A DNA stretch of 64,000 bases from Octopus vulgaris (taxonomy: Eukaryota). Shown here piece by piece: positions 1 through 11,879 of this stretch. The DNA lies in NCBI GenBank assembly GCA_951406725.2, contig OX597832.1:20336001-20400000 (forward strand). The letters are read 5' to 3'. A program made the translations under genes and the position numbers. Below the pieces are notes generated by a model. The model ran no database searches, was not told the DNA's origin, and saw only the letters and a program-made list of their open reading frames with translations. Position 1 is the stretch's first letter. Each line of letters opens with the position of its first letter.

Positions 1-27
1 AATAATAATAATAATAATAATAATAAC

Positions 28-97
<70 letters not shown>
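1..97. repeat. (AAT)n microsatellite
   Basis: Nearly pure AAT run from the window start. Confidence 0.97.
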
Positions 98-101
<4 letters not shown>

Positions 102-971
102 AACAGCAGCAATAAGAGATCCTTAATGAAATAACAAACAAATGTCCCATGAGCAGATGGGAAATAAAATAAGGAGACGACATAAGGCATACGCAAAGGG
201 AACTATTAATAAAACCCTTATTGGATAAAGAAAATAGAGTTGGTGACAGAGGGAGAGAGAAATAGAAGGTTAGATAGAGGGTGATGAAGAGATTTATAAT
301 AAGTGCTAGAGGGAGAACGAAGAGAGAAGGATATATTTTGTATGGGAGTGAGTGACTGCGTGGAGTAAAGGAATAAAGAAAATGGCGGATAAAAACATAT
401 TGAAATGATAAAACTATGGGAGTGGTAGTGGGAGGTATGGGTTGATAGGCGAAGAAGGAGGTAGGGACGGAGAGAGGTAAAATAGATGGATGTTATTAAA
501 GGAAGGTGTAACATGGATAAATATAGGAAACGGTGAAAGCGAAAATGGATTGGATAGAAAAGAATGAGTGAAAATATTAGTAATCATATACTAATGTATA
601 TTAGTATAGGAGTATAAATCTTTAAATAATCAAATAATGCATGTCGGCTGGGGTGTATTGCGAGAAAGAGAATTATTTTACTTCACACTAAGACATAGGT
701 ATACATATACACGCATTGTGTGTGTGATTATGTATGTATTTATGCATGCATATATGCTTACATATATATGAATATGACATATATACAAATACATATATAT
801 ATATATATACACACACACATATATATATATATACATGTCTGTATATATATGTTCATATATATATACATGTATCTACGCTAACATTAACATGCATACACAC
901 ACACACGTATATATATATATATATATATATATATAAGCATTTTATTGTACATGTATATATATATATATATA

Positions 972-1173
972 CCGGAGTAAGCACATAAATACGAAATAGG
1001 GTGGAAAAAATACCACTCGAATACCAGAGTTAAGAGTAATATGGTGTATTAAAAAGTAGAGTTTCACGTTCCCGTTCGTCGGACAGTTTTCTTTAGAAAC
1101 AAAACTATCCGACGAAAGGGAACGCGAAACTCTGAGTAACAGTTTTTGTGATATTTCTGCTACTTTTTAATAA

Positions 1174-1176
<3 letters not shown>
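972..1176. mobile_element. Short PLE-terminus-like element with inverted repeat, embedded in (TA)n
   Basis: Arm 1047-1090 is the reverse complement of 1101-1172, with an internal deletion in the left arm. Contains a hammerhead motif; (TA)n on both sides. Confidence 0.6.
1101..1146 (+). ncRNA. Type I minimal hammerhead ribozyme motif (CCGACGA core variant, partly decayed)
   Basis: AAAACTAT-CCGACGA-AAGGGAACGC-GAAAC-TCTGA-GTA-ACAGTTTT: stem I AAAACUAU/ACAGUUUU, stem III ACUC/GAGU, GUA triplet 1136-1138. The inverted copy (1058-1090, minus) has perfect AAAACUGU and stem II ACG-GGAA-CGU. Confidence 0.7.
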
Positions 1177-1211
<35 letters not shown>

Positions 1212-1219
<8 letters not shown>

Positions 1220-1458
1220 GAAATGAGGTAATCAGAAGATCGGATGGTTCATATTTACAGATATTTATTTATATATTACATTTTTTACATATATATCATA
1301 TCATTCAGATCATTAGCGCTTTCTCCCATTCTAGAATGGGAGAAAGCGCTAATGATCTGAATGATATGATATATATATGTAAAAAAATGTAATATATAAA
1401 TAAATATCTATAAATATGAACCATCCGATCTTCTGATTACCTCATTTCTTCTAATATA
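1212..1458. repeat. Near-perfect spacer-less palindrome (about 120-bp arms)
   Basis: Centred on TTCTCCCATTCT|AGAATGGGAGAA at 1332/1333; arms are reverse complements with a few mismatches/indels. A ~40-bp unique extension then (TA)n follows. Confidence 0.95.
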
Positions 1459-1491
1459 TAATACCTGTACATCATCTCCAAACCTTCCAAT

Positions 1492-1529
<38 letters not shown>

Positions 1530-1530
<1 letters not shown>

Positions 1531-1616
1531 GCTTCCATCTTTTCCTGAGCGCCTATTAATAATAATACTGTAATTGTTCTACGTGTTGTTGTTTTTTCTG
1601 TTTTCCCGTTTGGATT

Positions 1617-1622
<6 letters not shown>
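1530..1622 (+). mobile_element. 3' fragment of the HHR-bearing element family seen at 24.9 kb and 55.6 kb
   Basis: TTTCCTGAGCGCC...AATAATACT...TTGTTCTACGT resembles 55652-55690 (TTTCCTGGGCGTCCAATAATACT...TTGTTCCACGT); flanked by (TA)n. Confidence 0.55.
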
Positions 1623-1662
<40 letters not shown>

Positions 1663-2299
1663 TATTATATTATATATTATTTACGATATTATATTATATA
1701 TTGTATATGTATGCATATATGTATTTATGTATGATCTACCTGTGCATTTCAATGTAGAAGCACCCATTTGTTTGATTCTCCAATGAATTAGGATTCTAAG
1801 TGTCCGAGTATTCCACAAACATATAACACTTTAAACATAAATGCAACACGTGATTGATCTGGATATTTGAGTTACTGGTGCAATTTCTTCGATTCTCCTC
1901 TAACAAGAAAAATTCATCAAAAACTTTAAATCGATATTTCAAGATGCTGTGCAATAGAAGCGAACCAAGGAACTTATCTTTGCAAAAATTTATTCTTGAC
2001 GATTTGATTATACATAAAATGATAAGATCTGTGCATGCGTGCGCGCATGTGTGAGCGGCAGCGCGTACGTGCTTACGTGTGTACGTGCATGTATGTTTGC
2101 GCGTGTGTATGTATGTGTGTGCATGCATTCAAGCGTGTATGTGTGTATGTGTTATTGTGTGCATGGATGTTTATATCTGCGTGTGTTCCTGAGTGTTTGT
2201 GTATGTCTGTGAGTGTGTTTGTTGCTATATATACATACAGGTATACAGACGATAGCTCGCATGTTACGTTTACATATCTCGCCACAAATTCGTGTCCCT

Positions 2300-2526
2300 T
2301 CTTCAAGGCACATTTGAAGGATGGCATAAGAAAAGTAAAGAGGGAAAAGATATGGTTTGACAACGCCAAGGACTGGACAGGTCACAATACTGCGAACCTT
2401 GAACGCTTGACAGCAGAAAGGCTAGTGGAAACAGCTGACTACGAGAACGCCTAGAGTCCTCCAGCCTGCTACTGTCTGGAACAGTCAAGGAATCGTCATG
2501 ATGAAGAAGATAATGATGATGATGAT
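2300..2526 (+). mobile_element. RTE-type LINE 3' end remnant
   Basis: Translation ...KREKIWFDNAKDWTGHNTANLERLTAER... resembles the RTE ORF C-terminus (W.D..K.W.G...L...A..R); a (GAT)n tail follows. Confidence 0.55.
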
Positions 2527-2660
2527 GCATACACACATATATATATATATATATGTATATACATATACATATATATATAGAGAGAGAGAGTGGAAGAGAA
2601 ATAGATAGATAGATAGATAGATAGATCGATAGACAAACAGACAGACAGATAAACATATGC

Positions 2661-2695
<35 letters not shown>

Positions 2696-2710
2696 GATAC
2701 ATAGATAGAT

Positions 2711-2758
<48 letters not shown>

Positions 2759-2980
2759 GGATAGAAAGATATATAGACAGATAGATAGAAAGATAAATAG
2801 TTAGGTAGATAGATATATATGGATATATGTGTGTGTATATATATGTATGTATATAGATAGATACATAGATAGATATGTGTGTATATACACATACACACCT
2901 TCAAATACAAACACACACTTAGCTAGCTAGCTAGATAGATAGATAAATAGATAGACAAACAGACAGACAGATAAACATAT

Positions 2981-3016
<36 letters not shown>

Positions 3017-3615
3017 ACACACACACACAATAGAGATGAAACAAACTCAGACAGACTGAATGACAGCTTGACAGAGAGAAACACCGACTAACAGACAGAC
3101 AGACAGACAGATGAAAATACAGACACCCACATAGATATTGGGACCAAGGCGTGAGTTCTGGAAAGGGCTGGAAAGAGTGAGAGATGGAACGAGGGAAATA
3201 TGGAGAAAACAGGGATCCAGAATCAAGACAGAGGAAATAGCTAGTAAAAATCTATGAATAAATGAAGAACGAATGGAACGAGTGGGTGGGACTGAATGAG
3301 AGGAAAGAGGGAGTAATGAATGAGATGAATAAATAAAATGACGGAAATGAGGAAAGTGAAAGCGAAGGAGAGAAATTAATGAGAAGAGGGCAGGAGAGGA
3401 GAGTCTGGAGGAAGTGAGTGTAAAGCAATTTAAAGCAAGCCAAACATATGAAAAGAAATTAATTTTGACAACAAATTAAAACTTAACATTGATCAAATAT
3501 TTGCGAGTGAACGGACGACATATTGTTTGGTCAACAGAGAGTAGTGAGAAGGGCGTTTCTGGACACCTTCTGATAATGTGTTTGCATGAAGATGTATACA
3601 CGCATGCATATATGT

Positions 3616-3676
<61 letters not shown>

Positions 3677-3864
3677 TAGAGAGAGAGAGATAGATTGAGA
3701 GAGACAGATAGACTGATAGACAGATAGACAGATAGACAGATAGATACACAGATAGACAGGTAGATAGATTAATAGATAGATGGAAAAATAGATAGATAAA
3801 CAGATAGATATACAGAGAGACATATCAACGTATATATAAATATGCATACATATATATGAATATG

Positions 3865-3985
<121 letters not shown>

Positions 3986-4146
3986 ACACATATATATGTA
4001 TCTGCATATACATACACACATAATTATATTCGTAGATATACATAGGCGTTTATATATGAGTGTATTTTTATGTGCATATATGCGCATGTATTTATGTGTA
4101 TATATTCATCTACATTCTATATATCTGCCTGTCTGTCTGTCTCTAC

Positions 4147-4262
<116 letters not shown>

Positions 4263-4453
4263 TCACATAGGCACATATGTATGTACATACGTGTCAACAT
4301 ATATATGTATACGATAATTTTTATCGTGATGGCGGGGGAAACGTGGTAAGAGTGCATGTCATAAAGACGCAAAATGTAACACAAAGAGAATGTGTGTGCA
4401 TATGTGTATTTATATATATATATTGTATGTATATATTTGTAAGCATATATGTG

Positions 4454-4509
<56 letters not shown>

Positions 4510-4749
4510 TATATGTGTGTATGTATTTCTATGTATATACGTAGATATGTATATATATATATATATGTATATTATATGAATTTATATATGTGTATATATG
4601 CGTACATATATATATATATATATAGTTTAAGATAGAGTAAACACGTTTATGAGAAAGAAAGGAAAGAGAGACCAATTGAAAAAGGAAAGAAACTTTGGGA
4701 TATAAAGATACATATAAATAGATAGGAACAGAGAAAAACGATGTGGGAG

Positions 4750-4950
4750 AATATCGGGCGGCGAACGATTTTTGAGCTTGCAATCTAATTTCGAGACCAT
4801 TGGTGTCTGTGTGTCTTAAAATGTCTGCCACTTCCGTTCAACGGAACGATTCGACGCTCTAAATTTGATCAGTGCCATCATGACGTCACCCACGCATTAT
4901 CTTTACACGTGGTAGGTAAACAAACTCGCCTTGTCATTCGTACTCGGGCG
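4750..4950. promoter_or_regulatory. Candidate promoter/enhancer: CpG-rich motif cluster
   Basis: ATTGG (CCAAT) 4799-4803, CACTTCCG (ETS-like) 4829-4836, TGACGTCA (CRE) 4881-4888, CACGTG (E-box) 4906-4911, GTAAACA (forkhead) 4916-4922, in unique CpG-retaining sequence. Confidence 0.4.
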
Positions 4951-4969
4951 AACAAACATATATCTTCGT

Positions 4970-5990
4970 CGACATCACCAGCGCCACAGCCACAACCACA
5001 CAACCACACAACCACACAACCACAACCACCACACCAGGTCGTCCATTGCTAGTAATAGCAAACAGTATCACCAGTAACATTCGCGCCTCCAAGCATCTTC
5101 GCTCCGCTACCTCCATCGACATCACCACCACCACCACCTCAACCACCACCACCATCACTACCATCACCACCAATTACAAGACAAACTCTGCAGGAAGGAC
5201 ACCATCACTGTCGCTATTGTACACTTGAAAATAACAAAGAAAAAATAAAAGAAACAAATAAAAAAATCAGTCCCGTCTTCACCACTACCACCGCCACCGT
5301 CTCCATTGCTACCACTACGAGCCACTACCGACACCACTGTATCGTTCTCATCGTCATCTTCGTTGGTGTTTACCATTCACGTCATCATCACGATTATTGG
5401 CATCATCGTCATTATCATCATCAGCAGCAGCAGTAGCAACAGCTTCGACTAAAGATGTCATTCTTTTCGTCGTCGCCGTCATCATCATCATCATCATCAT
5501 CATCTTCACCATCATCATCATCGTCGTCATCGTCATCATCATCAACAGCATCATCACCGTCAACGTCATCATCATCATCAGCAGCATCATTAGCATCATC
5601 ATCATCATCTGCAGCAGCAGCAGAGGCAAGGCATCAGCGTTTACATCGCCAACACCACACCCTCAACTATACCATCCACACTTCTATCATGATAATAAGC
5701 TTGATAACCATCACCACCACCACCACCATCATCATCACAGGCTCCACTATCAACACCACCACCACCATCACCACCATCACCACCATCATCATCACCACCA
5801 ACACCACCACCATTATAATTATCTCCACCATAGTCGTTGTCTTTGTACTGTCATTGCTGTCTTCGACGATGTCGTCATTGTCGTCGCCGTCGTCATCTTC
5901 ATAGTTATGACCATCATGCTCATCTCTATCAGCATTATTCTCATCATCATCAACGCCGTCATCATCATCATCATCATCATCATCATGGTC
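4970..5990. repeat. Degenerate (CAT/CAC/CAG/CGT)n trinucleotide mosaic
   Basis: Long stretches of CATCATC, CACCACC and CAGCAGC; source of the poly-I/H/S/M ORFs. Confidence 0.9.
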
Positions 5991-6697
5991 AGCATAAGTA
6001 GCGACTGCATCCTTTGCCTCATCAGTAAATGATTCTGTCAGCTACATATAGACTGTCTCCAACAACTGTCTTCACATTTCCTCGGGGAAGCAATAATTTT
6101 TGTTCCAAGACTGGTGCTGCTGCCGCTGCTCTAGTGTTTACGTTTACGCTTCACATTTCGTTCCCTTAGTCGTTGACTTCATTTTTTCCTAGTCGCAGAC
6201 GAGGTTACCAATATGAGTCCAGATGCCATTTGCTATGTTAAAACGGAGCAATACCGTCCTGCTACACACCAGCCCTGGAGCGAACACTTGGCCAACTACG
6301 TTCTATTTTTTGTTGATGTCAACACTGAACACAGCCGCCAAGAATCGTTTAGTCAATTATACACCGCCAATATAAACCTCAGGTTTCGTTCATTCACATA
6401 CGTAGCAGCGTAGGTTATTTTCGAATTATTTGCATTGGTTACTGATAAACTCTAGTTTATCCTGTTGATACCTGCACTCTACCTATATAGTTTGCCTGCA
6501 CACCATTGCCCGACGATAGCACGATTAATGGATATAGATAATATATGCGGATATTTTATCCCTTAGTCGGTTATTATAACCGCTAAACCTGTTTACACTA
6601 TATATATATATATATACATACAAATATGCGTGTGTGCGCGTGCACGCGCGCGATATCATGTATTATATATACATATATATATATGTATATATGTATA

Positions 6698-6759
<62 letters not shown>

Positions 6760-6841
6760 CACATACATTGAGATTTTTAACCTCCTGTAAACTGGAATTT
6801 TAGCATGAGCTGATATTTAAGTACCATTTAAGCTGATACTT

Positions 6842-7048
6842 AAGGCGGCGAGCTGGGCGAAATGCTTAGAGGTATTTCGTTTGCCGCTACGTCCTGAGTT
6901 CAAATTCCGCCGAGGTCGACTTTACCTTTGATCCTTTCCAGGTCGATTAAATAAGTACCCGTTACGCACTGGGGTCGATATAATCCGTTTGTCTGTCCTT
7001 GTTCGTCCCCTCTGTCTGTAGCCCCTTGTGGACAGTAAAGAAATAAGA
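6842..7048 (+). mobile_element. tRNA-derived SINE family B (Meta-domain-like core)
   Basis: Box B GAGTTCAAATTCC, core GTCGACTTTACCTTTGATCCTTTCCAGGTCGATTAAATAAGTACC, tail GCCCCTTGTGG..TAAAGAAATA; many homologs in the window. AGCTRATATTTAAGTACCAT is duplicated at 6808-6827 and 7049-7068. Confidence 0.85.
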
Positions 7049-7692
7049 AGCTAATATTTAAGTACCATACTTTAAAACATAATTAAGTACTGTGCTAGAA
7101 TCGTTCGACTGAACACTTCAAGGATTTGCCCCCAGGATGGCCGCAGTCTGATAACTGAAACAACTAAATCAATAAAAAGATATAACATGTCTTTGAAGCT
7201 TTTCATCTACCGTAGCATCTGTCATATTTTGGCGCAATCCTGAAATCGGCAACTGATAAATGAGGGCAAATTATGAACTTAAATATATGTCCGTTAATTA
7301 GTATATATGAATGTACAGAAGGACTTTATTTAAAGCTGTCCCGCCCGACACATTGATATATCTACCAAATCAAGTGAAATTGATTAAAAACATATTTTGA
7401 CACATTACTGTCAAAGAAAGTAAGGTATCTTACCTGAAACATAGAGGTATCACCAACAGCCGGATAGCAACATGACAGGCTGCCTGCCAAGTGAACGACG
7501 CGTTAATGTCGTGTGTTTCTTTCGCCTACTGATCATCTTATCAATTAGATTAATGAGTGAAGCCATATATATTTAAAAGAACAGAAATGACACGGGCCTC
7601 AGGTGTTCTGCATCTGTACTATTTACCTTATCTCCCAAGATAGCGATAGGGACTTACGTGTGTGCATGTGTAAGTGTGTGTGTGTGTGTGCA

Positions 7693-7734
<42 letters not shown>

Positions 7735-8220
7735 AATGTGCTTTGTGTTTGTGTGTGTGTATACATTACATTTTATCTATGTGTATATAGAAACCTATAA
7801 AGATATAAATGGATATGTGTGTCCAGATTGTTTGTATATAATATATGTATGTAAATATACATACATACATATACTCCTCCCTCGTCCACCTTCTCTCTCT
7901 TTTCATCTATCCCTTTCTCTTGTCTTTTGTTCTCCGTGACCGCTAGCCGCTGTTGAACGTTCTTTTCGTTCCAGCAGCCGTTGAAGCAACACGTACTTGT
8001 TCGTCTCCCTGTGGCCATTAGGCACAACTTCATAAGCTAGCCCCATGCTCAATTCGTCCTGTCGAAAGACCCTTGTCCTACGTCCTGGTTTTGTTTTGTT
8101 GTTTATTCTTTATACTTTATTTTTACCGTTATTGTTTTACGTTTTTGTATTCTTATTGTTGTCACGTATTCTGTATTTTTGTTCGTGTACTTCGTTCGTT
8201 TTCCGTCCTTGTGTTGTATA

Positions 8221-8365
8221 CATTCGAAGCTTTCTTCCAGGGGATCTAATGCACTTGGCTTAGATTTCCCGTGGCGGGCTGGCCATATCGGAGCAATCTC
8301 AAGATTAATCAGCCGAAATTGCTAAGATGATCTGGTTCTTGACTGATGACTGAGGGCTTCGAATG
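8221..8365 (+). ncRNA. Putative non-circularly permuted hammerhead ribozyme, copy 1
   Basis: Stem III AGCAAU(8292-97)/AUUGCU(8318-23); AUC triplet 8296-98; stem I UCAAGA(8299-8304)/UCUUGA(8337-42) directly before CUGAUGA(8343-49); stem II GGCUGG(8277-82)/UCAGCC(8309-14) directly before GAAA(8315-18); 14-bp closing stem 8221-34/8352-65. Confidence 0.65.
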
Positions 8366-8997
8366 TCCCGTCCAGTGGTTCTTGTGTCGTCTCTGTGGCG
8401 TTTCATGTTCTTGTCCATGTCTGTAATTATTTTTACTGTTTACCTATATAATCGGCGGCTACGTATCCACAATTGTCCTTATACGATAAGTATATTTTTT
8501 CTCAAGCATTGATACGACTCTTAATCTTTCTTTCTCTCTCTCTCTCCTCCCTTATTCCCCCTCCTTTCTTTCCCTCTCCATCCGTTTCCCCCCCCCTTCT
8601 ACGTTTCTCTATCTCTCTCACCTCCAGCCCCCTCGATCTGTCTCTTTCTTCTCCTCCCTCGTCCACCTTCTCTCTCTTTTCATCTATCCCTTTCTCTTGT
8701 CTTTTGTTCTCCGTGACCGCTAGCCGCTGTTGAACGTTCTTTTCGTTCCAGCAGCCGTTGAAGCAACACGTACTTGTTCGTCTCCCTGTGGCCATTAGGC
8801 ACAACTTCATAAGCTAGCCCCATGCTCAATTCGTCCTGTCGAAAGACCCTTGTCCTACGTCCTGGTTTTGTTTTGTTGTTTATTCTTTATACTTTATTTT
8901 TACCGTTATTGTTTTACGTTTTTGTATTCTTATTGTTGTCACGTATTCTGTATTTTTGTTCGTGTACTTCGTTCGTTTTCCGTCCTTGTGTTGTATA

Positions 8998-9142
8998 CAT
9001 TCGAAGCTTTCTTCCAGGGGATCTAATGCACTTGGCTTAGATTTCCCGTGGCGGGCTGGCCATATCGGAGCAATCTCAAGATTAATCAGCCGAAATTGCT
9101 AAGATGATCTGGTTCTTGACTGATGACTGAGGGCTTCGAATG
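8998..9142 (+). ncRNA. Putative permuted hammerhead, copy 2
   Basis: Identical to 8221-8365; predicted cleavage after 9075. Confidence 0.65.
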
Positions 9143-9772
9143 TCCCGTCCAGTGGTTCTTGTGTCGTCTCTGTGGCGTTTCATGTTCTTGTCCATGTCTG
9201 TAATTATTTTTACTGTTTACCTATATAATCGGCGGCTACGTATCCACAATTGTCCTTATACGATAAGTATATTTTTTCTCAAGCATTGATACGACTCTTA
9301 ATCTTTCTTTCTCTCTCTCTCTCCTCCCTTATTCCCCCTCCTTTCTTTCCCTCTCCATCCGTTTCCCCCCCTTCTACGTTTCTCTATCTCTCTCACCTCC
9401 AGCCCCCTCGATCTGTCTCTTTCTTCTCCTCCCTCGTCCACCTTCTCTCTCTTTTCATCTATCCCTTTCTCTTGTCTTTTGTTCTCCGTGACCGCTAGCC
9501 GCTGTTGAACGTTCTTTTCGTTCCAGCAGCCGTTGAAGCAACACGTACTTGTTCGTCTCCCTGTGGCCATTAGGCACAACTTCATAAGCTAGCCCCATGC
9601 TCAATTCGTCCTGTCGAAAGACCCTTGTCCTACGTCCTGGTTTTGTTGTGTTGTTTATTCTTTATACTTTATTTTTACCGTTATTGTTTTACGTTTTTGT
9701 ATTCTTATTGTTGTCACGTATTCTGTATTTTTGTTCGTGTACTTCGTTCGTTTTCCGTCCTTGTGTTGTATA

Positions 9773-9917
9773 CATTCGAAGCTTTCTTCCAGGGGATCTA
9801 ATGCACTTGGCTTAGATTTCCCGTGGCGGGCTGGCCATATCGGAGCAATCTCAAGATTAATCAGCCGAAATTGCTAAGATGATCTGGTTCTTGACTGATG
9901 ACTGAGGGCTTCGAATG
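9773..9917 (+). ncRNA. Putative permuted hammerhead, copy 3
   Basis: Identical to 8221-8365; predicted cleavage after 9850. Confidence 0.65.
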
Positions 9918-9994
9918 TCCCGTCCAGTGGTTCTTGTGTCGTCTCTGTGGCGTTTCATGTTCTTGTCCATGTCTGTAATTATTTTTACTGTTTA

Positions 9995-10053
<59 letters not shown>

Positions 10054-10169
10054 TTATATACACACACACATATATATATTCAAACCATATCTATGTATAT
10101 GTATATTTATACACAGACATATACATCTATATATGCATATTTGTCTCTCTCTCTCTCTCTATCTATCTG

Positions 10170-10201
<32 letters not shown>

Positions 10202-10622
10202 CATACACATATGAATATGTAAACATATATGCACGTATACTATTCACTATGTAAATACTGAAACAAAAAAAAACAAATGAAAAGTTTCACAGAATAAATA
10301 GACCCCAATATAAGGCTTGAAATTTGATACCGAAATAAACAGACACAGTACACGAGTGCAAAGCTATTTCTGAATGATTTCCTTAAGATTGTGTGCTACC
10401 AGCTACTTATTTATACGAAAAAACTTAACGTCCATATACGCCAGCTGCTAATTTATGATAGGTCTTATATGTACGTACATATTCGTGGTGGTACCGGAGA
10501 AACGCATCGTAATACACAAGTATTCCGCTATTAAGGCAATGTTCCATTAACGCTATTTTCAAAAGTTAATAAACTCTTTGACAAACCGTCCGAAATCCAA
10601 TATTTTCGTTACAAAATTATAA

Positions 10623-11637
10623 TCTTTATATATATAAAACTGAGAATGTGTGTCTGTCTGTCTGTCTGTGTGTTTCCCTAAAACTTGACAACTACACAAC
10701 CAATTTCATTCAAATTTTACACATGCCTTACTTAGGGTCCATGTAGTTTCATGGACAAAAAAATGTTCAACTTCTTGCCTAGAACGAGCCCATAGCAATA
10801 TCATATGTTATCCACTTTTTCAGTATTAAGTGTTAAAAGTGAAACAAAAACGTTTCTCTATTTTATGTCAGATACTTTCACTTTAACAATAAAGATAATA
10901 ATAACAATTGAATTATATGTAGTAAGTATTAATTACGATCAAACTAAAGTAACATAACAAAAGTAAAAATAGCAATTGGAATAAAATTGCATCAATGATT
11001 TGAACTTGAATAAGTGGTTTCACATGCATGGGAATAAATTAAAAATAAAATTAGCGTGTAGAAATTTAATAGTCCAGATGGATAATAAAAAATTAAATTA
11101 AAGAAAAGACTATTGTCTATAAAGTATACAATGTAGAGAAAAAAGAAGATTTGAACACCTGGAGGAAAGCACCTTCGAAAGGTTTCTTGGTGCGACTATG
11201 AAAGATATCTAACAAGAGGCGGTAAATTCGCCACAATAGAAGCAAGGTTCGAGTCAACGGAGGGTGCAAGGGAGTACTCGACTCGAACTTCCAAAGTGGA
11301 AATATTTTATATTTACCTTTATATCTGGGACGTAGGACATCCAGGATAAAAATTTAAAATGCCCCCACCCCCACCCCAGACGTAGAGGTAGGCTAGATTG
11401 TAGCCACACTTCTATACAAGAGGGAGGACAAGATACAATTGATCGATATTACAAGAGACGGGTTAACAATATATTTTGAGTATTGTTATCACTAGCGATA
11501 TCAAGATATAACTTTGTATTTTATATTTTATGTGTAGAAGTATATATATAAATGTACATGTAATATGTACACATATATATACACATATATACACGCACTA
11601 GCACTATGCCCCGGCAACGACGGGTCTTTAATGCTAG
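10623..11637 (+). mobile_element. Non-autonomous Helitron
   Basis: 5' A|TCTTTATATATATAAAA followed by (TGTC)n; 3' GC-rich hairpin CCCG-GCAACGA-CGGG (about 11609-11624), then CTAG|T. Inserted between A and T with no TSD. Confidence 0.75.
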
Positions 11638-11720
11638 TTATATTCTATAATCTGTTCAAGTATTATTGCATTGTTTCCTCCTCCCTCACACACTCATACA
11701 CACTCACACACACTCACAAC

Positions 11721-11788
<68 letters not shown>

Positions 11789-11790
<2 letters not shown>

Positions 11791-11879
11791 GGTCCCGGGT
11801 TGATTCGGGGTTAACCACAGTAAATAAGGTACTCAATACATAGCAGAGTAAAATTAATTAATTATATAGAAGGAGCTTT
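11789..11879 (-). mobile_element. 3' fragment of the 13.5-kb HHR element family
   Basis: 11861-11878 is the exact reverse complement of 13537-13554, the sequence just downstream of the HHR cleavage site; abuts (TA)n. Confidence 0.55.

Larger units (their letters stand above)
7874..10002 (+). mobile_element. Head-to-tail tandem array of a 777/775-bp non-coding unit (about 2.7 copies), retrozyme/PLE-like
   Basis: 7874 aligns to 8651 (+777) and 8998 to 9773 (+775). Only a 2-nt poly-C difference and one T/G substitution were seen. First copy is 5'-truncated relative to the junction at about 8451; ends in (TA)n. Confidence 0.9.

Noticed and set aside
5354-6032. Poly-I/H/S/M ORFs resembling membrane or His-rich proteins
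   Set aside because: Open in several frames on both strands because of triplet repeats; no domain recognised.
8045-9815. Repeated 72-aa and 86-102-aa ORFs in the tandem array
   Set aside because: Short, composition-driven (T-rich or GA-rich) and repeated only because the DNA is repeated; the 2-nt indel frameshifts one of them.
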